The position numbers and the translations under genes are program-made. 64,000 nt of DNA from the NCBI RefSeq assembly GCF_006345805.1, contig NC_043015.1:8432001-8496000 (forward strand), in the 5' to 3' direction. This DNA comes from Octopus sinensis. Its lineage: Eukaryota. Under the pieces are notes generated by a model, which did not search any database, was not told the origin of the DNA, and worked only from the letters and a program-made list of their open reading frames with translations. How positions within the stretch are numbered: the stretch's first letter is position 1; the number at the start of each line of letters is the position of its first letter. This document shows positions 12,993-26,127 of this stretch, one piece after another.

Positions 12993-13269
12993 CTTAATAG
13001 ACAGACGAACTTTCGTGTGAAATGACTGCCAGATTTGGACAGGAAAGTTTTGCAACCCGGCCGTCTTTTGCACGGAATTTCCTGTCTTTTGAATCAAAAC
13101 TCTGAAGACAGTTATATAATTGGATATTTATTGTTTATAATTGACATAATGTATATAATTTGAAGAAAGTCCCTGCTTTTGGGTGCTTTTTAGTAATTAT
13201 TTAATATTATCTTATGTTATGTATATTCATAATATATTATCTGAAATTATAATATATATATATACATAC

Positions 13270-13354
<85 letters not shown>

Positions 13355-14853
13355 TATATAATATATATATATATATATACATATATACAGAGAGAGAGAG
13401 AGACAGAGAGAGAAACGTATACATATTTATATATATATTAATAAATACGTATATATATATAATCATGCATACAAACACAAATACACGCATACACACAAGC
13501 ACACAAGGTTGTTTAATAGTCTAAAAATGGTGTTTTATTTACGTAAGAAACTGCTGGAAATTCGCTGATTTGGGGTTATGTTGCGTCTCTAGGAGATCTG
13601 TTTTTTACTTATATATGACGCCGTCTAATATCTGATGGCAATCATGAACGATCTGAAAAACAACGTAGGTGTTGTGACTAATCAATTGGAAAATATACGT
13701 ATGAGAAAAATGTAATCTTTGCGTATTTTTGAAACTATATATATATATATATAACATTTCTAAAGAAGTAAGTCGCTATAGGTAAAAGCAGCAACATTCT
13801 AAAGCTTTCATGGTATGCTGTATATATTTTATGGAACAAAATACTCTTTCTTAAGAATCAAAAAGGGATTTCACTCCACGTTATAATTTTATAGTAAGCC
13901 TTATAGTCATGATTCAATTTGTTCTGTGCGCAACATTTTATTGTAAAAGCACAAAACTAAGAAAATATGATGTATAATATCAGGACTTGTGGAAATTCCA
14001 CCGAACGAAAAATATTAAATAGCTATCTAAGAAATAGAGGATGATTTCTATGATTTTTTTCACTTCCAGTTAAAATAATATGCTATATCATTTCAAACGT
14101 TCCCTCTGCTAAGCACTTTATAATTCTTTCTCTCTCTATACCTCATCAACAATCTTTCTAACCATGTTATTTCCTTTTCCTTCCCACCCTACAGTATGTC
14201 GTTAACACTTCTCTCTCCCACTTTTTCTCTCACCGACTTTCTTTCTCATTTTTCGCCCTTCCCTGCAACAAACCACATGATGCATTTGCGCTTAGTATAC
14301 TCCTCTCATCTTTCTTCTCTATTCGCATTTCTCTCCCACACATGTCTCACTCACTTTTACTCCACCTCTTACTCATTCCCTGCCGCCTCTCTAACAAAAT
14401 GTAACGGGCGAATGAACATGCAGCTTAGTATGTAGATGCCAGAATTCCCTTCCCCCAGAAAATTCTCCTGAACCAAACATACACACAAAAATTACCATTA
14501 ATATGTCAATGAATATAAAGAAGTGGGGTTAATGGGTTAAAATGGGTTCTTCTCACATGATTTCTTTGTATTCGTCTTGACTGTAGTCGTCCCACTTTCT
14601 CGTGCAATGCAATTTGGCACTAAGATCTAAGATTTTACGACATGATAGATAGGGAGTATATGAATATTTAAATATAATACTTAACGAGTATATAAATATT
14701 TGAATATTTTACACAAATGACAAATAATATACTATAAACTTAGGTTGACCTTTTCACAAGGAGCAAAGATGCTTTGGCAATATCTCATAAGTGTATGTAT
14801 GCAAGGTATATGTACACACACACACATACATATATATATGCATACAGACACAT

Positions 14854-14911
<58 letters not shown>

Positions 14912-15136
14912 ATACTCTTTACTTTTTACTTGTTTCAGCCATTTGACTATTCCCATGCTGGAGCACCGCCTTTAGTCGAGCAAATCGACCCCAGGACTTA
15001 TTCATTGTACGACTAATGCTTATTCTATCGGTTTCTTTTGTCGAACCGCTATGTTACGGAGACGTAAACACACCGGCATCGGTTGTCAAAAGATGTTGAG
15101 GGACAAACACAGACACACAAACACACACACACACAC

Positions 15137-15168
<32 letters not shown>

Positions 15169-15228
15169 CATGACGGGCTTCTTTCAGTTTCCGTCTACCA
15201 AATCCACCCACAGGGCTTTCGTCGGCCC
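14912..15228 (-). mobile_element. SINE family A lacking its tRNA head
   Basis: Family A match stops at gtcggccc, joined directly to the Chapaev3 remnant. Confidence 0.85.
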
Positions 15229-16640
15229 ATATCACACATATTGGATGGAAAAAGTCAAGATGAGAGTGAAGAAAATGAATTTTTAGAGACATTCTTGCCC
15301 TAAGTTGCTTATAAGCTTTCCAAAAAAAAAAAATATTCACAATTACAATGTAAATGATTGTCTATTTCCAAAAAATCTTTTACAAGTGACACACACTTTT
15401 TCCCAAGCAGTTTCTTTGTTGGGATTAATTTTTGTTGAAAGTCCCATCATAAATTAATGTGCGAATGTTTGGCCCATTAAAAACACCAGCATTGATTTTG
15501 CTTCCCTCTTGCTAGACACAAATTTTACACTGAGATATTTGAATGCTTCACCGTTTTCATGCATGACCTTAACAAAATCTTAAACAAGTCAAGTTTAACG
15601 TGTCAAGGCGGAAGATGAATGTTCTGAGGGACAACTAAAGGGATATATTTAACGTTGTATCTCTCCATATTGAAATCACTTCTGTTTGGGCACGCTTTTC
15701 ATCACAGTGATCCTTGTCATCTCTGCTGTCCCAAAGGCTAAACAAAAACACCAATACTTTGCATGCTCAATTTGCAGCCGGAGAATCAACCCAGTAGCTT
15801 TCAAATCCACGCATATATTTCACTTGTGCTCGAGATATTTAATCAAGTGCAAAATTTTATCCATTGATTCATAAGTTTCCTAAAATTCTACAGCATGTTC
15901 TGGTGTTATTGAAGGTTTTTGATTGCTATCACGTATCAAAACAAATTTGAAGGCTTTCTCTGCTGGAATCTATGAAGAGCCTCATCTCGTCAGGATTATG
16001 GCCGTACCAAATATGACGAAGGTGTCCTTAAACATAATAACAAATACAAATACCGTATTTCTCTGTAAAAAATTAATTCCCTTCTGTATGCTGTTTCGAA
16101 AATGCGAGCATTTTACACCATCATCCTAAAGATTCCATTGTTTCAACCTGGAGCTCAGTAGCCCTTTTAAATCCGAGTATCTAACTAAATAATTTAACAC
16201 AAGTTGACTTAATAAGTGAGGAACGGTTTTTGAAGATCCTGGTTCATCAAGGTGATCTGCTTTATCACTAGATTCGCCTTTAATTGGAGTAGATGCAGTA
16301 ATTTCTTCATGAGAACTATCTTTGTCAAACGATGAGAACTTTACTATAATTACGCGGATAACAAAGTAAAATATTTTCTTATCTTGTGTGGCAATTTAAC
16401 ATGTAGTCTACATTTCCCGCTATCAGCACTTCGTTTTGTTTCAGTGACTAGTAAATGAATGAAAATCTAAAACACATAGCCTAGTACTTTGTCAATATTA
16501 TCAATCGTTGGAAAATATGATACTGTGAATAACTAAAAATAAATACACGTGTTGCCTGAAAACTGATATCAGATTCGGATTCAGTACCCTAAAATTATGC
16601 GAAATAAGCGGAAGACAAAACTTTTGTTTTGCCTATTCTA
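15220..16640 (-). mobile_element. Chapaev3-type transposase remnant (linker + catalytic region) with probable 5' subterminal sequence
   Basis: Minus-strand decayed translation: PHLLSQ...LLSSRLKQWNL, MRLFIDSS, ICVDLK, LWDSRD, PLVVPQNIHLPP.HVKL, MSLKIHFLHSHLDFF; ttttagggtactgaatccgaatctgatatcagtttt near 16560-16600. Confidence 0.75.
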
Positions 16641-16969
16641 ATTGATTCTACAATCCTAAATTATAACGACATTAATATTAGAAATACAGAAAAAAAGTGT
16701 CTGTGCCTAGCTATTGAATTAGAGAGACTATCGAAGCTGCGGGTAAAATGTATCGCAGAAGTTATAGGTGCATTATGAATTATGACTAAAGATCTGAAAA
16801 GGTGAATACATGAAATAGGTATAAAATCCAGTTCAGTGTAAAGAAACGCTGTTATTCGGGACAGCTATGATAATTAGATGTGTTCTTCGAATCTAAGATT
16901 ACTTGTTGTAAGCCGACGTTAGGATTTTTCTTTTCCAATTGTTTAATATATGAAAATAACAACAAGAAC

Positions 16970-17180
16970 AACAATAATAGTGATGATGCTGATGATGATG
17001 ATGATGATAATAATGATACTACTACTACTACTACTACTAATAATAATAATAATAATGATAATAAATTTATAGACTCCGAAAGGATGACAGACAAAGTCGA
17101 CCTCGGCGGAATTTGAACTCAGAACGTAACGGTAGACGAAATAACACTCAGCAATTCGCCCGGCGTGCTAACAATTCTGC
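16970..17180 (-). mobile_element. SINE family C 5' part with AAT/GAT microsatellite tail
   Basis: ccgaaaggatga...aaagtcgacctcggcggaatttgaactcagaacgtaac matches 5.7 kb copy. Confidence 0.8.
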
Positions 17181-17782
17181 CTTACATACAGAGATTCTTG
17201 TCAACTTGTTATTGACTAATCCATAAGTGAAACTCCGGGCCGTTTAAAATCCTGTACCTGAGATTTAGAAAATGAATAAAAATACAATAATTCTCTTTTA
17301 TTATAATTTATGTTAGACTTATTGTTTACAGTGATCCAAAAACAGCCAAAATTAATGAATACATATTGTGTTTACGGTCTGAAAGAATTTGGGTTTCATT
17401 GAGAACCATAAGAACCGCTGTTAAGGCGTTGATATTTTTAAAGTAAGCACTTCTATTCAATGATAATATTTTCTAAAATATTTATACATTAATGCATTAT
17501 ACATATGTGGCTTCATTGCAGATAATTAAATATTCAAGTTAAACAATAAGAGAGAAATCCGTAATGGAATTGCTCATTTTCGTAAATATTCTATTCATAA
17601 AATACCCATTACAAGCAAATATTAAACAAATATTCCAAAGTCAATACTTATTCCCACTAATAATATTAGTGATAATATTACTAGCTTTTATAAACTGCTT
17701 TGTCTAAATATTGTTTACACGCTAGTATATACTTTCATAAAAGCATGGACAATATAGGTGTTCAGAAATATTGGTTTCAGTC

Positions 17783-18224
17783 ATCTCTCTATATATAAAC
17801 AGCAGTTTGTCTGTCTGTGTGTCTGTGTGTCTGTTAGGTTGTACCCTCACCCTGACCACGGCTTTCAACCGATTCAGATGAAACTTGACACACACATAGC
17901 CCAATGTCATAATTCAAAACTAACGCAGCGAAAATTTTGAAAAGTTCCCCCAGTTCTGAAAAAATCAATAAATTTGACATGGGGTCGAGAATCTAAGCTT
18001 TTTATATGCAACACATTTTCTGTCTAGGGGACACAACTCGACCATTTTATCGCCCAAAGGGACAGCTAGGAACATCGTATACACAGAAGTATTCGAGTGA
18101 AGAGAAGACATTGCAACCTACACATGCGCATTCGTTCCCTAGAGGGAAAGGACTAGATTGGGATTAGTCGTTGCCTACTAGGGGCTCTTACATATCCGCG
18201 CAACGCCGGGCTATGCTGCTAGTA
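17783..18224 (-). mobile_element. Helentron/DINE-1/Lep1-like non-autonomous element
   Basis: Minus strand starts tactagcagcatagcccggcgttgcgcgg; 3' end matches the 9.8-10.2 kb copy. Confidence 0.55.
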
Positions 18225-20136
18225 ATATTATAAATAACAATATTAAATTATTATGATCATCATGAAAGAGTTAATGGCTTGCAAAAATACAGAGGTGTGT
18301 CTTGTGAAAATAATAGACATATATTTGAAGGACCCAATGCAATTACTTGTAATTAAAATAGCAATTAAGCTTTGAATGCACAAATATGCCACTGTTTCTT
18401 ACGCTTATATCTTAATTTATTTCAAGGTTCCTCATCTTTAATTTAAAAACGTTCATAGCTTATTACCGAATAATTAGCAAATTACATAAACAATATATAC
18501 TATAATGTGCTATATATCATAATTTGTTTATGGAGTTCACACTCCATCTTCTTTTGAAATCCACTAAATGTATCTCAAAATGCATGAATATTCAGAACAA
18601 CTAATAATGGAGTATGTATTACAGTAAGCATGTTCATGTACGAGTATGTGTATGTGTAATTGGGAGGGTGTGCGTGTATTTGTGCGTGTTTGTGTGCGAG
18701 TAAGTATGCATGTATGTATATATAAACATCATCAACATCATCATCTTTTAATGTTCATCTTCGATGATGGTATGGCGCACGTTTGTGAGAGAAAGGTCAG
18801 CGCCAAGCAACAAAGACCGATTTAGTTTGGTTCTTACAGGGTTCCCATCCTAAACCAAACCAATTTACAGTGTGAATTATGTGCTACTTATGTAGGTCTG
18901 TTTCTATACGTAATACATACTTATTCACATTGAACTATATATTTATATATACGTGTTATTTTGTGCGTCGGTGTATGTTGTTACTGTTGACGGTGGTATG
19001 TGTATGTTTGTATTTGTATATGTGTGTAACAAATTAGAAATAAAATGCCATGAAATAGTAGTAAAGATAGTATGATAGTAACATATATGTGACCTGCGCA
19101 ACATCGTGCTTACTATATAATGAGGCTGGATAACATTGATCATATTAATTTATGAGCAAATAATACATATCTAAATTTATATACTTTTATAAATAACGAG
19201 CACAATATTTCAGAATCTTTGTTTTAGAAGCTCTCATACAAATTAATCCCAGTGTGGTTCTTATGGTTAACGCACTGAAGAGCAAATTTGGGGATTGTTC
19301 TATTGTTAAATTGTTATATTTGGATCCATATATTCCCTGATGTTGCATGTATCCTTTGCCAGAAATGCAAGAGCTAAATCTGAACTAGAATCAGGCGGTT
19401 AATTTGGAAGTGATTGTATGAGGAGAACTATGAAGGCGCATAGATTTATCTTAAATTTCAGCTGTGCATTTGCTAGCAAAATTTTGTTCATTTTTTCGAC
19501 ACGAATGAAAGTATATGTTGGGCTTCCTCTGAGATTAGGAATTAAATAACGTTGATATGTTTTCTAAATTGGATTTCACATTTAACAATGAATATGAAAT
19601 TCTGAAGAATTGTAATAATAAAATGTGATTTGAAACAATTGTAATATGATTACGCATGATAGAGGGCAACAAGTTATATAATATATTCCTCTAAACATTT
19701 GGAGATATGAGAAAATACATGCAGTTGCATACCGACTCAATTCACTCGAATTCCTTACCCTTCAGTACTGAGTTGTTCGTAGAAATTAATACATGTATTT
19801 CAGAAGGAAGTAATTTACTTTTAAACATATCGCCTACCACATCAAACTTAAAATTTCAACTTACTATTTGACAACTCTTTAATAACACAAGTGGATTTAT
19901 GTCATATTATCACAATGATACGCTATACTATTATCATTGCATAAGCTTAAGCAAATTCATATGTGATCTTTACGATATAAACGGTGTAACTATTTGGTTA
20001 AAACTCAAGAAAGACGGCATATCAAAATGGACGTTGATAAAGTAATGGAGAAATTATATTGCGCAAACACATACTCACACATACACACAGATATATATTC
20101 ACAAACACACACATACACACACACATACACACACAT

Positions 20137-20226
<90 letters not shown>

Positions 20227-20519
20227 GTACACACACATTTAAATATGTCTTCTGTGTATTTTCTGCCACATCCATTTTCTCTGTGTTCTTATATATCTGT
20301 GTATAAATAGCATAAGTAAATGGTCTTTCTATAGGCATTCAGATGTCTTTCGATGACAGATTGTGACTCCATGTATATACCTATATAATCACAAAATTAA
20401 TATAAGAGCTTACAACGCAACTTTATTTTCACGAATTACTTCTGCATATTCCACTAGTGAAGCATATCTTATGCTTTAATTGCAAATGTTGTATTTGTTG
20501 AGTCCTAGTGAATCATAGT

Positions 20520-20560
20520 TACAGGTGAGTATATATTATAGGAAGTAGAATTCTTTAGAT

Positions 20561-20607
<47 letters not shown>

Positions 20608-20668
20608 TATATATATATATATATATATACCTATCTAAAGAATTCTACTTCCTATAATATATACTCAC

Positions 20669-20673
<5 letters not shown>
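20520..20673. repeat. Palindrome: 44-bp unique arms around a (TA)n centre
   Basis: tacaggtgag...tttagatagg (20520-20563) is the exact reverse complement of 20630-20673. Confidence 0.9.
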
Positions 20674-20727
<54 letters not shown>

Positions 20728-20747
20728 ATATATATATATGTCTCTCT

Positions 20748-21650
20748 CTATCCGCTCAGTCGAAGTCGACTATCGGTCATTCGTTGGATCAGTGTCTTCC
20801 AGTCATTTCTATCCTGGGCCGCTTCTCTCAGATTGGTTATGTCCATTCCGGTATCACTCTTGATGGTGTCAAGCCAGTGGGTTCTTGGTCGGCATCTTAC
20901 TCTCTTGCCACTGACCATTCCGAGCATGATGTCCTTCTCCAGGGATTTTCTCCGCATAATATGACCGAAATATGCCAATCTATGCTTGGTGATCCTAGCT
21001 CCTAGCGACATTTTCGGCCTTATCTGCTTAAGAACTTCTCCATTGTGAGCCTCACTGTCCATAGAATCCGTAAAAGCCTTCTCCAACACCAAAGCTAGAA
21101 TGCATTAATTCTGTTCTGGTCAGTTTTCTTTAGTCTCCAGGTCTCGCATACATATGTTGCTATTGGGAAGACACTTGCATTCACCAATTTGGTAGCGAGT
21201 CTGATGTCTCTACTCTTCCAGACCCTGCTCATGCTGACCATTGTCTCTCTGCCTAGTACTATCCGCCGTTTTATTTCTGGAGTGCTTTCACCATATCTTT
21301 TTTTTTGTGGAGCCAAGGAAGATGAAATCATCAACCACTTCGATGTCTTCATTAACGATCTCGATGCTGATGTTTGTTGTGGCTGATGTTGACATGATTG
21401 TCGTTTTCTTAACATTGAGGTACAGCCCGAATTTCTCACTCTCTTTCTTGACCAGCAGGACAAGATCCTCCAGATCCTTACCATTCTCCGCCAGCAGGTT
21501 TGAATCATCTGCATAGCGAAGGTTATTAATATTTCGTCCTCCAATCCTCACTCCAATGCAACTTTGCCGTGTGCCTTTTCCAATCTCAAACCAATCACTG
21601 TCGCCATATGGTATCCGTACAGTAGCCTCTTGGTTTTGATAGAGTGATCT
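20748..21650 (-). mobile_element. RTE-clade (BovB-like) LINE 3' fragment, decayed RT
   Basis: YQNQEATVR...[22 protein letters not shown], and C-terminal [18 protein letters not shown]...WLD...DRNDWK; internal deletion and frameshifts. Confidence 0.92.
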
Positions 21651-21689
21651 AATATATATATATGTATATATATATGTATATATACATAT

Positions 21690-21734
<45 letters not shown>

Positions 21735-22603
21735 ATATATATATATGTATATATGTATGTATGTATGTATGTATGTGTGTGTATAAATATAGATATAGAT
21801 AGAAGGAGAGAAAGGGAGATACAAAGAGAGAGAAGGGGCAGAAAAAACTTCAGGTTTTCTTGTAACGTGTACAGAAAGATTTTTTAATAGACGCGCAGAA
21901 AGAAATTCTGCCTTTCCTTGGCCTAAAACGAAGGGATTCATAATGCGCATTTCACGAAAGCGCACTCCCAGTTGTAACCGGTTCCTAAAGCTTGTCCACT
22001 TCACCAAGCCTGTTAAATAAACGCAGTTGTTTATGAAGCCGACGTCACAACAGTACTCCTACAAAAGGTACTTGTTTCTAAATTTACATCGATGTATGTG
22101 AAGGCAAATTTAAAAGACGTTATGCAGGCAATCACTCTTCTTTATAACTTATTAATAACAAAAATGTACGGGTACTATGTTAGTTAGGAATGAATGAGTT
22201 CTGAACGTGAAATGCTCCGCACATGTAATGAAGTGGAGAATAGTAGAGATATATACGCCATAGATATATTTATCAAAGAAAGACAAGTAATGCATTGAAA
22301 AGAAGTTGGATATAAAGCACAAAGATAAAAATAGTATGTAATGGAAATAGATTTCAAGAAATTCATAAATACACAAAGGTAATTAAATAAAAGTACGAAT
22401 ACAAAAGGTATTTTTAAATATTTAAAATTATCAAAAATTATTAAAAACATATTTCTGCCCAAGAAATTAATATATAAGGCAGTTCAATAGTAAAAATAAA
22501 ATACAACGGAGAATACTGTTTTATTTAGAGAAATCGCTCTAAAGAATCAAAGAGCGATGAAGCTTTAAAACAAAAATGATGTAGAAGTGCGCGAAAAAAT
22601 TCC

Positions 22604-22656
<53 letters not shown>

Positions 22657-22804
22657 CGTATATTTGCCATCTCAATATGGCAACCCTTAAGGGTGGATGC
22701 TACTGTAGCTTTTAGCCCCAGGAGGACACACTCCTCCAGCTGGCCATAGACACACTTTCTGTGTCCTGTCAGTATTTGCAAAGGGAAGTCATCCTTCCCG
22801 CCTT

Positions 22805-22874
22805 CAACTTATGATACACACGGACTCGAGTTTCGAGGTATTGACCTCTCGTCAGCGTGTGACAATCATAGTTG
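22805..22874 (-). ncRNA. Type I hammerhead ribozyme, array copy 1
   Basis: caacuaugau-ugu-CACACG-CUGACGA-GAGGU-caau-ACCUC-GAAA-C-ucga-GUC/CGUGUG-u-aucauaaguug; cut between 22823 and 22822. Confidence 0.95.
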
Positions 22875-23156
22875 TCGGCGAGAATTAGATTTCCTTCACA
22901 AATACTTATACTTTTTCCAGCGTCCACTGTCGCTGATATTGAAAAAGTGTAATCAAACAATGATAAATATCAAAGTGAGTTATATACAGTAGCGGTAACA
23001 CATCGTGACGTATATTTGCCATCTCAATATGGCTACCCCTAAGGGTGGATGCTACTGTAGTTTTTAGCCCCAGGAGGACACACTCCTCCAGCTGGCCATA
23101 GACACACTTTCTGTGTCCTGTCAGTATTTGCAAAGGGAAGTCATCCTTCCCGCCTT

Positions 23157-23226
23157 CAACTTATGATACACACGGACTCGAGTTTCGAGGTATTGACCTC
23201 TCGTCAGCGTGTGACATTCATAGTTG
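23157..23226 (-). ncRNA. Type I hammerhead ribozyme, array copy 2
   Basis: Core identical to copy 1; one substitution in distal stem I; cut between 23175 and 23174. Confidence 0.93.
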
Positions 23227-23507
23227 TCGGCGAGAATTAGATTTCCTTCACAAATATTATACTTTTTCCAGCGTCCACTGTCGCTGATATTGAAAAAGTG
23301 AAATCAAACAATGATAAATATCAAAGTGAGTTATATACAGTAGCGGTAACACATCGTGACGTATATTTGCCATCTCAATATGGCTAACCCTAAGGGTGGA
23401 TGCTACTGTAGTTTTTAGCCCCAGGAGGACACACTCCTCCAGCTGGCCATAGACACACTTTCTGTGTCTTGTCAGTATTTGCAAAGGGAAGTCATCCTTC
23501 CCGCCTT

Positions 23508-23577
23508 CAACTTATGATACACACGGACTCGAGTTTCGAGGTATTGACCTCTCGTCAGCGTGTGACAATCATAGTTG
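23508..23577 (-). ncRNA. Type I hammerhead ribozyme, array copy 3
   Basis: Identical to copy 1; cut between 23526 and 23525. Confidence 0.95.
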
Positions 23578-23799
23578 TCGGCGAGAATTAGATTTCCTTC
23601 ACAAATACTTATACTTTTTCCAGCGTCCACTGTCGCTGATATTGAAAAAGTGAAATCAAACAATGATAAATATCAAAGTGAGTTATATACAGTAGCGGTA
23701 ACACATCGTGACGTATATTTGCCATCTCAATATGGCAACCCCTAAGGGTGGATGCTACTGTATATATATATATATATATACTAAACTTTAAATAGGCTA

Positions 23800-24330
23800 T
23801 GCATATGAAATTGTCCAGCAGCTCATACGTTACCAAGAAGCAAGCCTGCAAAATCGTAGGAGCTTGATTCGACGGTTAATATATCTCGCTCCTGGAACAT
23901 AATCAACTTCCCGCTTTGAAAACTGGACACTTTATAAAGTTTCTCTATGTTCCGTGCCCGTGTGGCGTACATTTTCTCCAATGTGAAACACTAAATTTGT
24001 GGTGCGGTGCATGCTGCTTCCATGAATTTCTATATGATTTTGGCCCGGCTCGTTGTTCATCTTTTTACTGGATACTTGAAATACTACCTATGCAAATATA
24101 GCCTCGTTCTGAAGCAATTCAATGAAACCTGTGCATAATTTGTACATACTGCTGTTAATCATTGTAATCCTAGCTTTATACCCAATACCCTTAATTATAC
24201 AGTTTCCATCTAAAAGACATCTGCTCGTGTCTTTACAGTTACATTTTAGTTCAGGGTTCCTGTCACCGTTAGTTTTGTTAAGAACGGCTGTATTATGTAA
24301 GTTTAGAGAAGAGGCGAAATAGTTGGAAAA
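23800..24330 (-). mobile_element. Penelope-like element, decayed GIY-YIG endonuclease region
   Basis: HNTAVLN...KCNCKDTSRCLLDGNCIIKGIGYKARIT...CTG resembles the CNC..CPL.G.C..VVYKA..YIG pattern of PLE endonucleases. Confidence 0.7.
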
Positions 24331-26071
24331 TGAAGAGCTGACTTTTAGCGTTATTTTATTGAGCATTCTATGATATAAATATTATTCGATTAAGAAACTT
24401 CCTTAACTAAAAATATTATCCGTTATATCTGAATTTATTAGATTTTTCCTTATTAGTTATTCACTTTCACTTATGTCGACATTTTCGAAGATACGAAATG
24501 ATTTTCTTCTTTCTTCTTTGATACCATATATATATTTCCGTACCTTTTGTTTTTTCTTATTTTCGTGCGCCTAACTTATATATCTATTATCTGTTTTCCT
24601 CTCTCTTTACAAAGTGTGATTCTATTGAATTCTTATTTTTGTAAAATTTTTCTCACCGATATATACTTCGTTTTATCAAATTTGTATTTCTTTGTGACTG
24701 TTATCTGTTGGACAGTGAAAGTCGGCATTTATTCGCTTATTATGGCTTTATTTTTACTTTCTCGTTTAATAGAATCGTTTAAACTTTAAGGCGAATAAAT
24801 TGGAAGCCATATAGGTACGTTGATATAAATTACATCATCTAATATTTTCTAATAAAAAAATATTAAGGAAACGAATACACATAAATATCAGTATATACAC
24901 AAATATTAACAGGTATATAAAAGCAGAAATGCATATATATTCACACAAACTCCAATTTATATATACTCATATTATTCTAAGTGTACTTTTGAGTATATTT
25001 TGATATAAATGGAGAAATAGAGTGAAAATCTTCTATATAGATAACATTATCATACGTAATAAATATCTTTAGGAAAAAATGGGTTCAAATATATTATTTT
25101 ATATTTACTTACTCTATGAATAGCAATATATTTCTGCGGTAATCATACTATGTTTACAAAACCAATTTATCTAATTTTGGTTAATTCAATTAAGAAACTT
25201 AAATTTTGTGTTACATTTTTAACACCGTAATTATTCTCCTCCCTCGCTATAATACACAGATTGTCAGCTTATTCCACTCATAATCAATATTAATTTTCGA
25301 CATACGGCGAGTTAGTAACACTGTTCAATTCCTCATAGTCTCACTTCAAGTTTTATGAGTGAAAGAGAATATTTGATTTCAGAATATTTAACAAGTCATT
25401 TTCTAAATTATTCTTTAGACTTGATCAGTGTATATTGTTTTAAAATATACATTATATGTTGATTCGAGTGGTTTTAAAATTTAATAGAATTTACCATTTG
25501 AGTTTCATTTTCGAATCCAGCGGATTATAATTTTTATGTTATCTTTATAAAGCCGACTCATATGCGGAAAAATTGCGGCTTCGATCTTCTCTGTAGCTCA
25601 ATAACTGGAATTTATTGTTTGTTAAAATTTAGACAGATTCCTTGCAGCAGATTTTACATTTAAGAAAAAAACACATGAAATGTCCATTAAATTTAACACG
25701 CATTTTACTGTACTTATTTTCGAAATACCCCCTCTATACGACGATATGGCATGAAATCTTTCCTCCGAAGTACACGAGGTTTCACTCGAACCCAATATCC
25801 TCACCGTGTACCAACGATTCACATCAGAATTTCAGTAGTGAGAAAACATTTTCTGGAAAGTCTTTGTATTATTGAGCAATGCCCTTCACTCAACATCTTA
25901 TTATGAGTATGATGAAGAGGCCTACATTCACATATAGTCATATTATCTGAAAATCGATATTCTCTGTTCCGAATATCGGTAATATTAAGAAAAGCCGATT
26001 CTAGAATTATATTTCAATAGACCAGCGTTAAGTGAATATATACATATATATACATATGCATACGCACACAC

Positions 26072-26127
<56 letters not shown>

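Larger units (their letters stand above)
22653..23760 (-). mobile_element. Head-to-tail array of 352/351/352-bp units + 53 bp, each full unit with an HHR (retrozyme-like / PLE pseudo-LTR multimer)
   Basis: Units start at 22653, 23005, 23356, 23708; a few substitutions between units; (TA)n on both sides. Confidence 0.88.

Noticed and set aside
22653-23760. CRISPR array or coding tandem repeat
   Set aside because: No spacers, eukaryotic context, and the short repeated ORFs have no recognisable domain.
25760-25815. Hammerhead-like acacg-GUGAGGA...GAAA-cgugu on the minus strand
   Set aside because: Core altered, stem II unpaired and stem III absent.
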